A stretch of 64,000 bases of DNA from Balanoglossus misakiensis (lineage: Eukaryota; Animalia; Hemichordata), in assembly GCA_040954595.2 (NCBI GenBank), contig CM082581.2, positions 1,418,699 through 1,482,698 on the forward strand, given 5' to 3'. Position numbers and translations under genes: made by a program. Below the pieces are notes generated by a model. The model worked only from the letters and a program-made list of their open reading frames with translations. It searched no databases and was not told the DNA's origin. Positions 27,290-40,004 of this stretch are shown in pieces; the stretch's first letter is position 1; every line of letters begins with the position of its first letter.

Positions 27290-28210
27290 CTCATGGAATG
27301 TGTTTCTTCCCATAGGATAACATTAAGAATTGATAGAAAACCCTTTTCTACTATTGTAATTTTAAGAAGTTTCACTCATAACTCATCCAAATGAAATTAA
27401 ATTGAGTGATTCATATAAGTTGTAGGCTCACCACTGTGCTCAGTTTTGAGATAAACTTAAATGTGTCCATGCCTATAGAAAAATAACATAGAAAGACCTA
27501 TGGTGAAAAATGTTGACTTTAATTCAGGCTGCATTAGTGGAAAAATAATCATACTTTGTCTGGCATAGAAACTCAGAATCTACGAAAAAAGGCCTTTAAA
27601 ACATGAATGGAAATGAAAATACTGCTACAATAAGAAATTCTTACCTTGAATAAAGTATTTATTGGTACCACCACTTCCATAAAGAAACCACTTTGCTGGT
27701 GTAATGAGTTGTCAATCTGGGTTTGCTCATTGGCCTTGCTTTGAGTTCCAATTCATGATGATGGTGTATTAGGACACTGGACTTGAAACAGGTGTATGCT
27801 GGTATTATACACGTTGAAAGTATTGTCATTCTTTTAATTGTGGATTTTTGGATTATGCTGTGTATGTATAATGAGAATCCGTTAAAAATTGTAGGGGTCA
27901 TTGCCCTTTTTAAAAAAAATACAGAGCCATGAATTTAGTTGATAATAGAAGAAATTTGCTGTCTCAGCATTTTTCACCAATGGTTTGTCTATGGGCGAAG
28001 ATTTTAACGCAATTTATCTCATAATAGAGCTTGGTGACCACATAATTTTTTTTGACCAATGAATTTACGTTTACTTGACTGAGCTATGTGTAAAATTTCG
28101 TGAAAAAGACAATAGTAGAAGTTTGTTTTCTGGCAATTATCGATGTAATCCTTTCAGGAACAGACACACATGCACTGTTTATCAGTTTATGTTGTGCGTG
28201 TACATCCTTA
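27290..28210. mobile_element. Two oppositely oriented copies of family A MITE (27290-27520 +, 27810-28210 -)
   Basis: ttcccatagga...ttctactattgt...ttttgagataaac is mirrored by tttatctcataatagagc...gacaatagtagaag. The minus copy terminates in gtacatccttaa. Confidence 0.65.
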
Positions 28211-28734
28211 AATGGTATTTGCCTCTCATGCCTTCCAAATTGTGATTCTGTTCTAGTGTTTTTGTTAAGGGCGGTACCTAGATAAAATCTACCGGAGTAC
28301 CCCAGTCACTCCGAATTAAAACAACAGAACAAGGCCAATGTCACAGTGGTCAGGCAGTCTACCAGAGTTCCCCAGTCATTTTACCGGGGTTCCCCTGGGT
28401 GTATCAATGTGGTTATATTAGGAGGTTATAGGAATATTAACGGGGTTCCCAAATCCATTACCAGTGTTCCCCGACCTTTGCAAAAACACTGTGTTCTTTT
28501 TATCCTCCACAGGAAGAGACAAAGAAAAGCATAGCAACCTCTGCTGATACTGCCACAACAAGCACAAGCACAAACACACCCCAGCCTGTAGCTTCTGCGA
28601 ACCAACAACCCCCACCCTATCCAGCCGCAGCATACCAGCAACACTTCCAGCAGATGTCATACCCGAACCCATTCGTGTCTCAGTACGCTGCGTTTGCAGG
28701 AGCCGGACAGCCGCCACGATATATTATATTTGTT

Positions 28735-30185
28735 TTCTGAAAATGCCTATTGTTGACCAAAAGATGGCTAAATGGCAATTTTGTACTGAGCGGGGTGTCT
28801 CAATAAGACCGTTGTGCTGGTATCAGCATATTTTTTGCACACACACACACACAAAAAACGAATTTACATACATCACAAGGGCTCTGAATATAAAGGAATA
28901 AGTTTGTATTTATTTTTTCTAACAGTTACCTTTTTGAGCAAAGAGGCCAAAATGATATTTTTTTCCCTCAGTGGGGTCAGTAAGAGTGGGTTTTTTAGTA
29001 CTTTTATTTATCATTTGATCACCAATGGGAAGAAAATGGCATAATTTTCGTATTTTCTAGAAATGACACTTTTTGGGCAAAAACTTGCCAAAAAGGCACT
29101 TTTATCTTGAGTGGCATCAATAAAACTGCTTTTTTGGAAACTTTTCACATACAGTGGGCATATAATTCATTATCAGATCTCCGAAAGTGAAGAAAATATA
29201 TAAATTTTGAGTGTTTTCTGAAAATGACGTTTTGGGGGCAAAAAGTGGCAAAATGGCATTTTTTCTTGAGTAGGATCAATAAGACTGCTATTTCTGGAAT
29301 CAGCACCATTTTTTACATAGGATGAACATTTCATATATCACATGATCTCTGAGCTTTATGAAGAAAAGTTTGTTTTTAAATTTTTTTCTAAAAATGGCCT
29401 TTTTGGGCAAAAACTTTCCAAAAGGGCATTTTTGCATTAGGTTGGGTCAATAAATCTGCTTTTTTCGAATAATCACCAGATTTTACATAGGGTGGGCATA
29501 TAATACATTATCAGATCTCCGAAAGTGAAGAAAATATATAAATTTTGTGTGTTTTCTGAAAATGACGTTTTGGGGCAAAAAGTGGCAAAAATGGCATTTT
29601 TTCTTGAGTAGGGTCAATAAGACTGCTATTTCTGGAATCAGCACCATTTTTTTTACATAGAATGGACATTTCATATATCCAATGATCTCTGAATATGATA
29701 AACACAATTTATTTTTAGTTTTTTTGTAAAAATGACCTTTTTTGACCACAAAAAGTGGCCAAAAATGGCATTTTTGTATTGATTGAGGTCAAAAAGACTG
29801 CTTTATTTTTTAAAGTCACCACTTTTAACATAGAATTGACTTTCCATATATCACCAGATCAATCATTATGAAGAAAACCGTGTGTTTTATTTTTTTTCTA
29901 AAAATGACGTTTTTGGGGCAAAAATTGGTCAAAAAGGCAATTTTCTGTTGTTTTGGGTCAATCGAACTACTTTTTTCGTAATATTCACCAAATTTTACAT
30001 AGAATAAGCATATCATATGTTATCAGATCTCAGAATGTGACGAAAACAATGTGTTTTTAGTGTTTTCTAAAAAAGACCATTTTGGGGTTAAAAATGGCCA
30101 AAATGGCAATCTTGTCTTGAGTGGGGTTAATAAGACTGACTTTTTTGGAATGAGCACCATTTTTTACATAGAATGGACTTCTCAA
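28735..30185. repeat. Diverged tandem array of ~169-bp units with a dimeric ~338-bp period
   Basis: tatcagatctccgaaagtgaagaaaatatataaatttt recurs at ~29171 and ~29509 (338 bp apart). The motif tttttgggcaaaaa...gtcaataagactgc recurs about every 170 bp. Confidence 0.8.
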
Positions 30186-33094
30186 ACCTTCCTTACCAAA
30201 AATTCTGATTAACGGCACCTATCTCATAGTGTAACCAGACTACAAGTGAAGAACCCCAGTAACAGACGTAACGAACAAACAAACTACATGTACTAACAAC
30301 AAAGCAAGAAAAGTGTCAAGCGTCGTCAAAGAAAACGAAATAGTTCTAGCATGGTTGGTAAAAGTTATTGGTAGAAAACGAATAGGGCCTTCTACAAATG
30401 ACGTCTCAGACCCGCAAACGCCACCAGAACACAAAACACATGCACAGAACAGTTTAAGCCGGTTGTTGTATGGAGCAGCAATAATCTGCGGTTGGGCCGT
30501 CGTAGATTTTCGCTGGTGGTGAAAATAAATAAAACACGATCGATGTTCCATTTATTCCAGATCACATGCGTTTACGGCCAGAAGAGAGCATAAAAGTCTT
30601 CAAATGACCATGTGGTGGCGCACTTTTTCCGATTGGCTGTATTTCAATTTGTTCGTGGTAAATTAATTTTGTGGAGGTGACCGGCACTGAAGCTCTTAGC
30701 TAGGATGAGGTGGGATGGAAAAATGCCCCATTTGACTCATTTTAGCTGTTTTAAAATATACGACTATTTATAGACAAAAGGAAAATAAAACAAGCGCAAA
30801 AACATACCAAACCTAGTTTTATTAATTACAAAAAAAATTGCTGAGTAAAGGTTTTCATGTGGGCATTCACTTTGAACTTGCTAAATTAATTTAAAGAGAC
30901 AAAGTCGCTCTCTCTTTGTCCTTTTGCGATGATGGAATGCTTGCTTGAAGTCTCTCGTGCAATAAATGATGTCGATTCATACATGTATGGATGGTGTATA
31001 GGTGGTCGGAATTTACATGTCTTTGCCACGTCCAAACCAAAAACACATAAAATCAAACTTTGGGTCATGAAATCGAGTTTTGTTACAGTCTAGAATTTCA
31101 TGCCACCCCTTTTGGTCATATTATTCTTGGTAGGCAAAAGTGACAAGTAGTCAAGTTTCAACACAGGCAACATTTTTACAAACAAACCACAAAGAAGACA
31201 TCAAAAGGGAGAGAATTATAGAATGGTCAATGTGTGAATAGTTAAGATACGTAAAGTGGCCGGGTTCAACATAACATTAACTCATCGACTTCATATCGTC
31301 TTCATGCCATGGTTTTGCCTGCCCTGAAAGTTCTTGTCGTTGCAGAAGTGGTTTTGACAGAAAGAATTTAGTCTTCCGGGATGTTTGTGATTATTTGAAC
31401 ACCAGACAATACAATGCAACCTTGACTTCCAAAATACTTACCGGCATTGCATTATCTTACCATGGTTAGGCCTACAGAGAACAAATTTTCAACAATATTT
31501 TCTGAGTTACCGCTGATATTTGTTTTGTAGTATGGATATTAAATTATACATCCCGATACAAAACAGAATGTTATAGAATCCTTCCTGAGTGATATTGAAA
31601 AAAATACCGGAATGCTATAGCCTAATCTATGGTTAGGGTTATTGCTATTATTTTATATCAGTAATCGACTTTGTGTATATCAATGTCATTTTCATAACGA
31701 AAATGAACTCGAGTCTAATGTAAACGTTACGAATTGATCGAAAGGCGCTCTGATGAATGTTAACACGAGTGCGCAATGACAAGACATGCATCGTGCATGA
31801 CAGTGACAACAGTTCCAATAGAGCAGTTAAAAAATAAACCGGCCGTCCGTAAATTTATCAGCTATATTTTTTTTTATTTAGTCACGTTTTCCCTGTTGCA
31901 TGCTATTAGTTCAGGGGCCAGTTTTAGCAGTGCTCTATTGAGTACTTTCGTATCGATGGATTGATCTCTCGTCCAATCAGAATGGCGGATGGTAGCATGA
32001 TCCGACATATTGCGTATTACAATAGGGCTTCCTCATACAGGTCAGAACAGAGAGGTCATTCCTTTTATTTTAGGACGTCTCAGCTCCTTTGTCTTTTCTG
32101 TTATTTTTTGACAAATGCGGATTGACGTTCCATTTCCAATTGGCGATAATTATATTTATTTGTATTTTATTGCATAAGCGCTTGCTAGTCGTTTTTTAGC
32201 AATTTTTTTTGTAGTACAAAAACACTCAAGAAAACGAAATATTTTATTCATTCGCACTTCCAAAGAACACCGTGACATAATTCCTCAATTTGCATTTCAG
32301 TGTGTGTGTCTGGTGTGTCTGCATTGACGTGAGGCGCATTCTCCACCCGCACACATACGTTGCATTGCATTCTTTGACTAATTAGTGTTACGTCATGTTG
32401 AAGCAGGATTCTGATTGAGTAGTAAGTAAGTTGCATAATTGACGCACAGCTGGTGCCTCGTTCTCGTACCGCTGACCATTGCATTTGAAAAATCATTGCA
32501 GCTTTGACGTTCATCAAGCATGGAGGTCCCGGTCGCCTCCATGCTTGATGATGTCGTTTCTCTGGTAAGCATGGCATTTAATGTTATTTTACAAGTACAT
32601 GTACACTCCTTCTAGCAAAAACTGGTCGTGGTAGGGCGAGAGGGTCCTCCCAACATCGAAATTCTGACTTTGGGAAGCGTTACAGCACCAAACAGTAAAC
32701 TCACAGTCGCATGGAATTTGTGCGTTATATTACACCGTGCGAGTAAATTGTACGTCGTTCGTTGGCTCGAGTCAGCTTTGTTATTGTGGAGCAGGTGGTA
32801 CCGTAACACCACAATGGGCTCTCCCTAGGCGATTTTATTGTTTGTTTGTTGTTGTTGATTGGCATAATAAACAAATACATATTTCTTTATTAATAAATAT
32901 GGTTTGTTGACATGTAAGGGTTAGGTTATTAGGGTATATTTGACAGGTTATGGTATATTCAACGGTTAGAATTAGTGTTGGCATTTTTTCGATCCATGGC
33001 CGGCATCACCCCCCCCCCAAACCCCACCCCCCCCCCACCCCCTGTGGCTTAGTGATGCCCGGGGCCGTGGATCGAAAAAAATGCCAACAGTAAC

Positions 33095-34198
33095 CCAACT
33101 ACTGGGCAAATTGCTTTCAAAATTGATAATTGGTATGCATGTACCTTATGGTATCCTCTCACAATTCTACATGTTGTGAGCTAATAATGTGAATTTTCTA
33201 TTTTTAAGCATTTTTTTTGTCTCTTTCCACATTGTCGGTAAAAACCTACTTTTCTGGAATTGATCAGCTGACTTGTTTGAAATTTATTATGAAGCTTCAT
33301 AGGTGATCTGAGTTACCAACCATAGTTTTGTTTAAATTGTTGCCAAAAATTGCGTATTTATAATTTTGGAGCAATTTTTAGGTCCCATTTGGTTTATGTA
33401 CATATATACGATTGGGACCTTATGGAATCAGTTGCATTTGTATGTATGAGTGAATGGATGAAAACCGCTGGGCATATCACTTCCATATTTAGTGTGTAGA
33501 TGCAGGCGGGGCTGTAGATGGGATTTTGTTCAAATGAAATTGTCATTGCCAAAATATTACCTGTGTAAATGTGAAATTGGTCAAAAGTCAGAAACTTGAC
33601 AACCACTGGTCAGATTGGTATGTCAATGAACCCCATACAGTCCTGTATGTTGTGAGCTAATATTATGAATTTTCTAATGTTTATTAATTTTTTTTGTCTT
33701 TTTCCACATTATTGGTAAAAAAAATCTTCACTTCTGAAAGCGATAGTCCGACTCCTTCGAAATTTAGTATGAAGCTTCCTATGGGTGGTCCGAGTTACCA
33801 TATTTTTTGTTCAGATTGTTGTAAAATAGGCATATTTATAATTTTGAGCAATTTTGCCAATAAAGGTCAGAATGCTTTGCAATTTGGTAGGCAGATTCCC
33901 AGGGGTAACCCAAGGAAGATGTCATAAAAATGGTTAAAACTGCGTGCTTGTGTTATTGGGGATATTTTTTGCAATCTTTGTCAAAAACTGTTTTCTGTTA
34001 AACCGTTCAAACCCTTGTCAGATTGCTTTGAATTTTGGCAGGAATGTTCCTTGTAGTGATTGAAGTAAGATGGTGTACAATTATAGAGATGTTTGCATAT
34101 TTGTGTTTTTGCCACTTTTGAACAAATGTGTTTTTCTTTGAAACTGCTTTTTTGATGGCTTTGAAATATGGTAGGAATATTCCTAGGGGTAACCCAAT
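33095..34198 (+). mobile_element. Helentron-like (HINE) family B fragments with ~160-170-bp internal repeats
   Basis: tttttaggtcccatttggt...tgggacctt (subterminal inverted repeat) at 33375-33420, followed by (ATGT)n and a conserved core. Homologous blocks lie at 40000-41140, 42528-43150 and 45520-47050. Confidence 0.7.
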
Positions 34199-34430
34199 TT
34201 TTAGCTCACCTGAAAATCACGTGAGCTTATAGTTTAGCGATGTCTGTGTATGTGTGTGTCTGTCTGTATACCCGATATCTCAAGAACCGCTGAACCGATT
34301 TCAACCAAATTTAGTACACAGGTTCAGATATCATATGGCAAGAACTGAAAAGGTTTTGGTGGGTGTGGCTTTGATATTAATGAAGTTATTAAAGTTTTAA
34401 TTTTTCTATTACATGGTTGTCTATGAGAGC
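34198..34430 (+). mobile_element. 5' end of a second Helentron-like non-autonomous element
   Basis: tttttagctcacctg...gtgagctt inverted repeat, a (TG)/(CTGT) microsatellite, then gatatctcaagaaccgctgaaccgatttcaaccaaattt, which is the typical HINE/DINE-1-like 5' layout. The 3' end was not located. Confidence 0.7.
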
Positions 34431-35389
34431 TTTCGTTAATGCTGCATATATGACCAGTGGAAACGATAGTTTGAGGAGATCGACTGTTTGAGGGCGCTGT
34501 GAAATGAGACATTCCTGGCGATATTGCCGTGGTTCTGTCCATGCTCAGACGCTGTACCCGTCGTTACGAATAACTTCCCTACGTGAATCCACAAGGAAGC
34601 TAACGTTGTTTAGTTGCTTCATAGAGCGTAAATTGTTAATCTACAGGACCGTCAGACGAATACTCTTTTCAAATGAAGTTTGAAACTACTTACGAGTAAG
34701 TTAGTGGAGACAATATGGCGGATAGTTGGCGTGCAGCCGAATCCGCGTTATGACTATGACGTGACCCATTCATCAAGACAAACCGTAAATGATTCACGCA
34801 TATTGTGGTCCTCTCGCAGTCAATCTCAAAATGTCACCAGGCTTTCTATTTGTCTATTGTTCAGAGAAAAATAACATGGCGGTTGATCACACTCAACAGT
34901 AAAATCCGTTTTGTGTGTTTATAGACAGTCTGTTATCGCCAATACTATATAGCGATTGCTAGATGGCCTACCCAATATGTGATCGAGCGAGAATGATAAC
35001 ATTGAATGTCTGTTCAGATCTCATTCCGTACGTCATACGTCAACATTTCGATTTCGATTTAATCCATTCATAAAGAATTTAGAGAAAGTCGTCTTGAATT
35101 GTGACCCCGACTATCAATTAGTTTACGATGATTTTTTGGCGACGGAATACACGAGACGCCATTGCATAACTACGTCAGCTGGACTTCCAAGGTTACCATT
35201 TTGTGTGTATGGAATCTTATCACAGAGCCTACGTACTTTGACAATATGCCATGCTATATCAATGACGCCCCAGAAAATTTGTCAAAAAATGAATTTGTCT
35301 TCTCATGGTGGTGCAATATATTTTAATGTCTATTTTGAGGTTGATTTTGGTTTTTGGCTAACATGTATATAAATGTCAGCTTATAGCAT

Positions 35390-36300
35390 AAGTTGGTGTC
35401 CGTCGGCTATGTATGTCTGTATGTGTGCCTCATACAGAATTATGTATTTTGTGAATGGATCAGTTTCGTCTTAATGTATTGATGTATGTATGTGTATGTC
35501 CATCAACATCAAAAACTTGAAACTACTGATATTTAGTGTGTACATAGAAATTGTTATTGCGAAAAAATGCATACTGGTATTAACTGGAAAAATGTTCAAA
35601 TAGTCAAAATTGAAAAACTTAATAACAGCGGATCAGATTAAGTTAAAAATTGGCGTGCATTGGTGTGCAAGTACTTTGGGAAGACCTCGTATGATTTTGT
35701 TCAGGTGGAGTCAGTATCTGGCGTTTCCTATTTTTTATGAATTTTTTGGGGAATTTTCTGCAGTTTTGTTAAAAAAAAAATTTCTCTGAAATTACATGTC
35801 CAATTGATTGGAAACTTGGTATGGAGGTTCATAGGGCTTACCTGAATCACATTTGTGCAAACGGTGGTGAAATTTGCAAAAATGCATTTTTGGGCAATAT
35901 TTCCTGTTTTTGCCAAAAAATCCAATCCTGTGAAATGTAGGTGCAATTGTTTTGATACTTTGTATTTGGGTTTCTAGGGGTGATCTCAGTCAGATATGAT
36001 CAAATTGTAATGAAATTTGCATAATTGTATTTTTTGGGAATTTCTGCAGGGTTTGGCCAAATAGTCTTCGGTAATACCACAAGTCCAATTGGTTGGAAAC
36101 TTTGAATGGGAATTCATATATGTGATATCAGTCAGATTTGTCTGAATTTCCTGTTGTTTGCCAAAATGTCTTCCTTATTGAAACTTGTTAAAGAGGTTCT
36201 TAGGCATGAACAGAAATCAGATTTGTTGAAATCTGGTGAAATATTCATACTTTTTGGTATATTTCTTGCCATTTTTGATCAAAGAGTTTTAGAATTCCAT
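35390..36300 (+). mobile_element. Diverged Helentron-like repeat related to family B
   Basis: (ATGT)n + ccatcaacatcaaaaacttgaaac...gatatttagtgtg, followed by diverged ~160-bp units (gaaacttggtatg...gaaatttgcata...). Confidence 0.55.
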
Positions 36301-36793
36301 AGACTTATTATTTTTATGCAGTTCAGGATGGGGTACATGACTCATAACCCCTTACAAAAATTGACAAGGCAACAATTCCACAAACATGTTTACATTTCAC
36401 AATGGTGCAACACACAACCCTTACACCATATACACTATAAACCAAAATGGTTTAAAACTGGTTTTTCTAATCTTGTTATTCTGTCAACCAATCACAGTAC
36501 TGCACGTGAGCATATTCAGTTAATATCTGGTTCCTGATTGCTTTGGAAGTTAGTTAACAATTTCATAACACATGTACATGTATGTGCAACTTTGATTAAA
36601 TTCTGGTTGTCAATATTTAGGTAGTTTGTTGTAAATTTCTTTGTTTTTGGATAGCAAATCTTTTTAACCAATTGCTCAGTTTCTTTGAAAGTTACTGTTA
36701 ACAAGGAGAGTTAGTACACCCAACTTAGACTTTTACACCCAACTTAGAGCTACTATGACTGGTTACTAACTTCTATATCTATTTGATTCACAG

Positions 36794-36868
36794 ATGCTGC
36801 CTGAAATTGTCTGCATTTCAACTCGGGATTCTCTTCCTCGTCTGGGGCGAGTTTAAGACCGCTCAATG
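36794..36868 (+). other. Exon-like cassette 1 (75 bp, AG/GT bounded)
   Basis: ggttactaac...tttgattcacAG|...ccgctcaatg|GTAAGC; paralogous to 38047-38119. No transcript evidence. Confidence 0.45.
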
Positions 36869-38046
36869 GTAAGCATGACTTGCTGTATATTTGCTTTTAT
36901 CGGGCGTGGCACAACCGAAACAATAGGAAACAATGTATGTCTACGAACTAATTTACACCTTCCAGTTATCAATACTTTTTTCCTTCGAATTCTAGCCTCG
37001 ATTGCCTGTGATATGATCGTGATGACATGAATTAAATGGTCAAGTTCAAATCTTCATGTGAAGCATAAATTAAATTTGGATGCATTTCCTTAACCATATA
37101 GCTAGAAATTACTCCCATACCAATACACGGGGAGATACCGTAATTTTGGCTGAAAGTGTGCTAGTCCAACACTATGCTTCATCAAACTGGCTAAGAGATC
37201 TATTATTATATATAGACACATGAAGGAAAGTAATGTTGTTTATAGTGAAATAAAACAATACCTTAGGCCACAAAGAAAAATATAGATCACGACACAAACA
37301 AGGCTGGAGTTTTTTTCAAAAATGTGTGCATAAGATCATATTGGCCCATGGTAATCAAAGCCAAAGCAGCCCAGTTCCAAATTCGAAACTCAGCTCAGTA
37401 CCAGAAACTTGCTCAAAGCTACCAAATGCACAGAAAGTTTTGAGAATCTAGATGAAAAATCACCAAGCGACTAGTGCGCTTGTCTATGTTCAATGTGTCT
37501 TCCCTGGTAACAACATGTACTTCTGCCACCATGCCATGAGATATACTGACAGCCCCGTTTGAAACATTTTAGTATACTGATATTCAAAGTTTAAATGTAA
37601 AGGCTTACTTTTCTATAGTAAAATAAATGTTTTATAATTGCCAACAATTTACATTCTTGCGCTAATCAGTTGTATGAAAAGTGAGGTGGATCAAATGTAA
37701 GTTTCATTTTCACAACAAACATTAAGAAATCATTGTACAGTGTTACGTAGATGTCAAAGTGTGTGTACACCTGTCGTTTACAGATATGATGTCAGTTTCA
37801 CTTGTCACCTAACTGCCATGTTTGTGGTATACCCATGTGGACCACTTTACTGCAGTACTGATGTAAATGGAGTTTCAAGATCGCTGTTACAGATTTCTCT
37901 GATTCGTATTCCACGTACATTATCGCAGCACAGTCTGACCCTATATTATACCATGTTTTGCATATTTTCACTAATTAGTATGGCCCAAATAATTCTAAAG
38001 CAAGGTTGATTGGTTACTAATTGATAAGCATATATTTGATTCACAG

Positions 38047-38119
38047 TCTTAAACACAGCATTTCAACGTATGCCGGAGGAGGAAGAGAATACCTAGGCCT
38101 GATCCAAGACCGCTTTCCG
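38047..38119 (+). other. Exon-like cassette 2 (73 bp, AG/GT bounded)
   Basis: ggttactaat...tttgattcacAG|...gaccgctttccg|GTAAGC...acttgctgtata; paralogous to 36794-36868. Confidence 0.45.
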
Positions 38120-39215
38120 GTAAGCACAACTTGCTGTATACATGCTCCATAGCTTGTTTGTAAAGGCTACCTTTTCCCATCAAATAGTGAAGTCGCCCTT
38201 TCAAAATTATGGTGGTGGTAAGCCACAACTGGTTATCATGGAGAGCCCCATATAAACTTACCAGCCCACGCTAGCCATGACTTTACAAATGTTTCCGTCA
38301 TACTATGCAGAAAATTCTGGCTGCCTTAAATAGGTTTTCACTTTGCGCTAGGGGGTCAAATCACATTGCATTCTGGGCGAAAAGTCTACAACCCACTGTA
38401 GTAAGAGGTGGAAGAAATGATACATTTTGTGTATTTCATGCTTTGGTCAAACATGTCTGTCTCCGTAGTTAGCATATTAAACTCATTAAATGTTTTTCAC
38501 ATTTTGTTATTTTGTCTGTTATGACCCATTATCACTTTAGCTTTAGCTTAGGCTCCATTCACAAACACCTCTGGATGGGGGGGGGGGGGGGGGGGAAATT
38601 CAATTTTTTTACTGCTAATTTTCACATGCCCCCCCCCCCCCTGTACACAACCCGAAATATTTTCAAATCCCCCACCCCCTTCTGAACTGCCAAAATTTTA
38701 AAATCCCCCCCCCCCCCCATTTTCTTTCACAGAGCAAAACACATCACTTATCTATCTTGTAAAAAAGAAAAACAGCGCTCCCATGAAAAGACTTTGAAAC
38801 TGATGTTTCCCCTCATCAGTGGGTATTAAAACTGAACATGGTTTTTATTTTTTAAGTATTTGTATTCTGTGTTGGGAGACATTGTAAACCGGGAATTGAA
38901 GGGGGTGGGTGTGGGAAGGGGTGTCCCCCTCCCACGTAAGAAAATTTTATAAAATACAGAGCTCAAAGCTGCATTTTTATGAACCCGGCAAAAGCAAATT
39001 AACTCAACTACCAGTATGTTGGGGAGGATAAATTTAACCGTCGCCGCTCAAAGTTATCATGGGGTGGGGGCAAGTCCCCTGACATGGGACACTAGATAAA
39101 CCAGTTAATGATTGAAAGGTGTTGATGAAATAGCTACATGCCTATTGTTAACAAGCAGCTGACTGTACTGAAAGAATGGAAGTGTTGTGTACCTATTTTA
39201 CATATTCAATATTTA

Positions 39216-39526
39216 AGCAATAAAACACCCCCAGCCATGGTATATCACGAGATTTTGACCAGTTCACGACATATACGCACGAGCGATAGCGAGTGCGTAT
39301 ATGGAGTTGAACTGGTCAAAATCGAGTGGTATACCATGGCTGGGGGTGTTTTATTGCTATTATATTATGCCAGTATATTGAAACTTTGCATAAAACATTT
39401 TAAAAGGCATTTTCTTTAACTATGATATATGACTGTGGTATATGGCTAATATATCACGGTCACGTGTCGTGTCTCGACCAATCAGATAGCGTGATTTACA
39501 CCATCAATATACTGGTATAATATAAT
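39216..39526. mobile_element. Double-palindrome non-autonomous element (possibly Crypton-type)
   Basis: Hairpin 1 spans 39216-39358 with a perfect 29-bp outer stem. It abuts hairpin 2, with arms 39359-39381 / 39504-39526 (22/23 match). Confidence 0.65.
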
Positions 39527-40004
39527 TGTAATTAGACCATGTCATGTATATCTTGGGGATTGCTCGATCGCAATGTCTCTGCTGGTACAATGTCCTTTTA
39601 ACTTGTACAGTAATATGGTAGTGATTGTAAGTTTGTGTACGGCATTTGTAAGTTATTTTCAATTTATAATTTTTTTGTAAGTTTCTTCATTCTCAAATTG
39701 CTTGCCTAACGTACTGCTTTAAAATTTAAATTTTGGTATGATTTTGAGTAGACTTTTTGTTTCAAAATTATTTTCGACACTTGACATTTTTGGGTGATAT
39801 GATTTTACATGGAAAATCTGATTTCCCTGTAATTCGGTTGACAGGATTTTCACAATATCTCTAAATCATGAAGTACATGTATCAGAATTGCATCAGGCCC
39901 CCAAAATTCTAGTCGCCCTTGGCAAGTAAAATTAGCCATTGTTGTCCAAGGACGTTGAAGGTACAATTGGTTTTTAAACTTACTATGTAGGCATTTTATC
40001 AGAA

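Noticed and set aside
27645-27905. Possible minus-strand exon or 80-aa ORF
   Set aside because: Half of it overlaps a family A MITE; no recognisable domain.
32248-32828. ORFs of 66-109 aa
   Set aside because: No recognisable motifs or consistent splice context.
37010-37070. Possible box C/D snoRNA (GTGATGA) between the two mini-exons
   Set aside because: No appropriately placed D box (CTGA) or terminal stem.
38576-38718. Poly-G and poly-C tracts (also ~18125, 23237, 41142)
   Set aside because: Common homopolymers inside repeats; no evidence of function.
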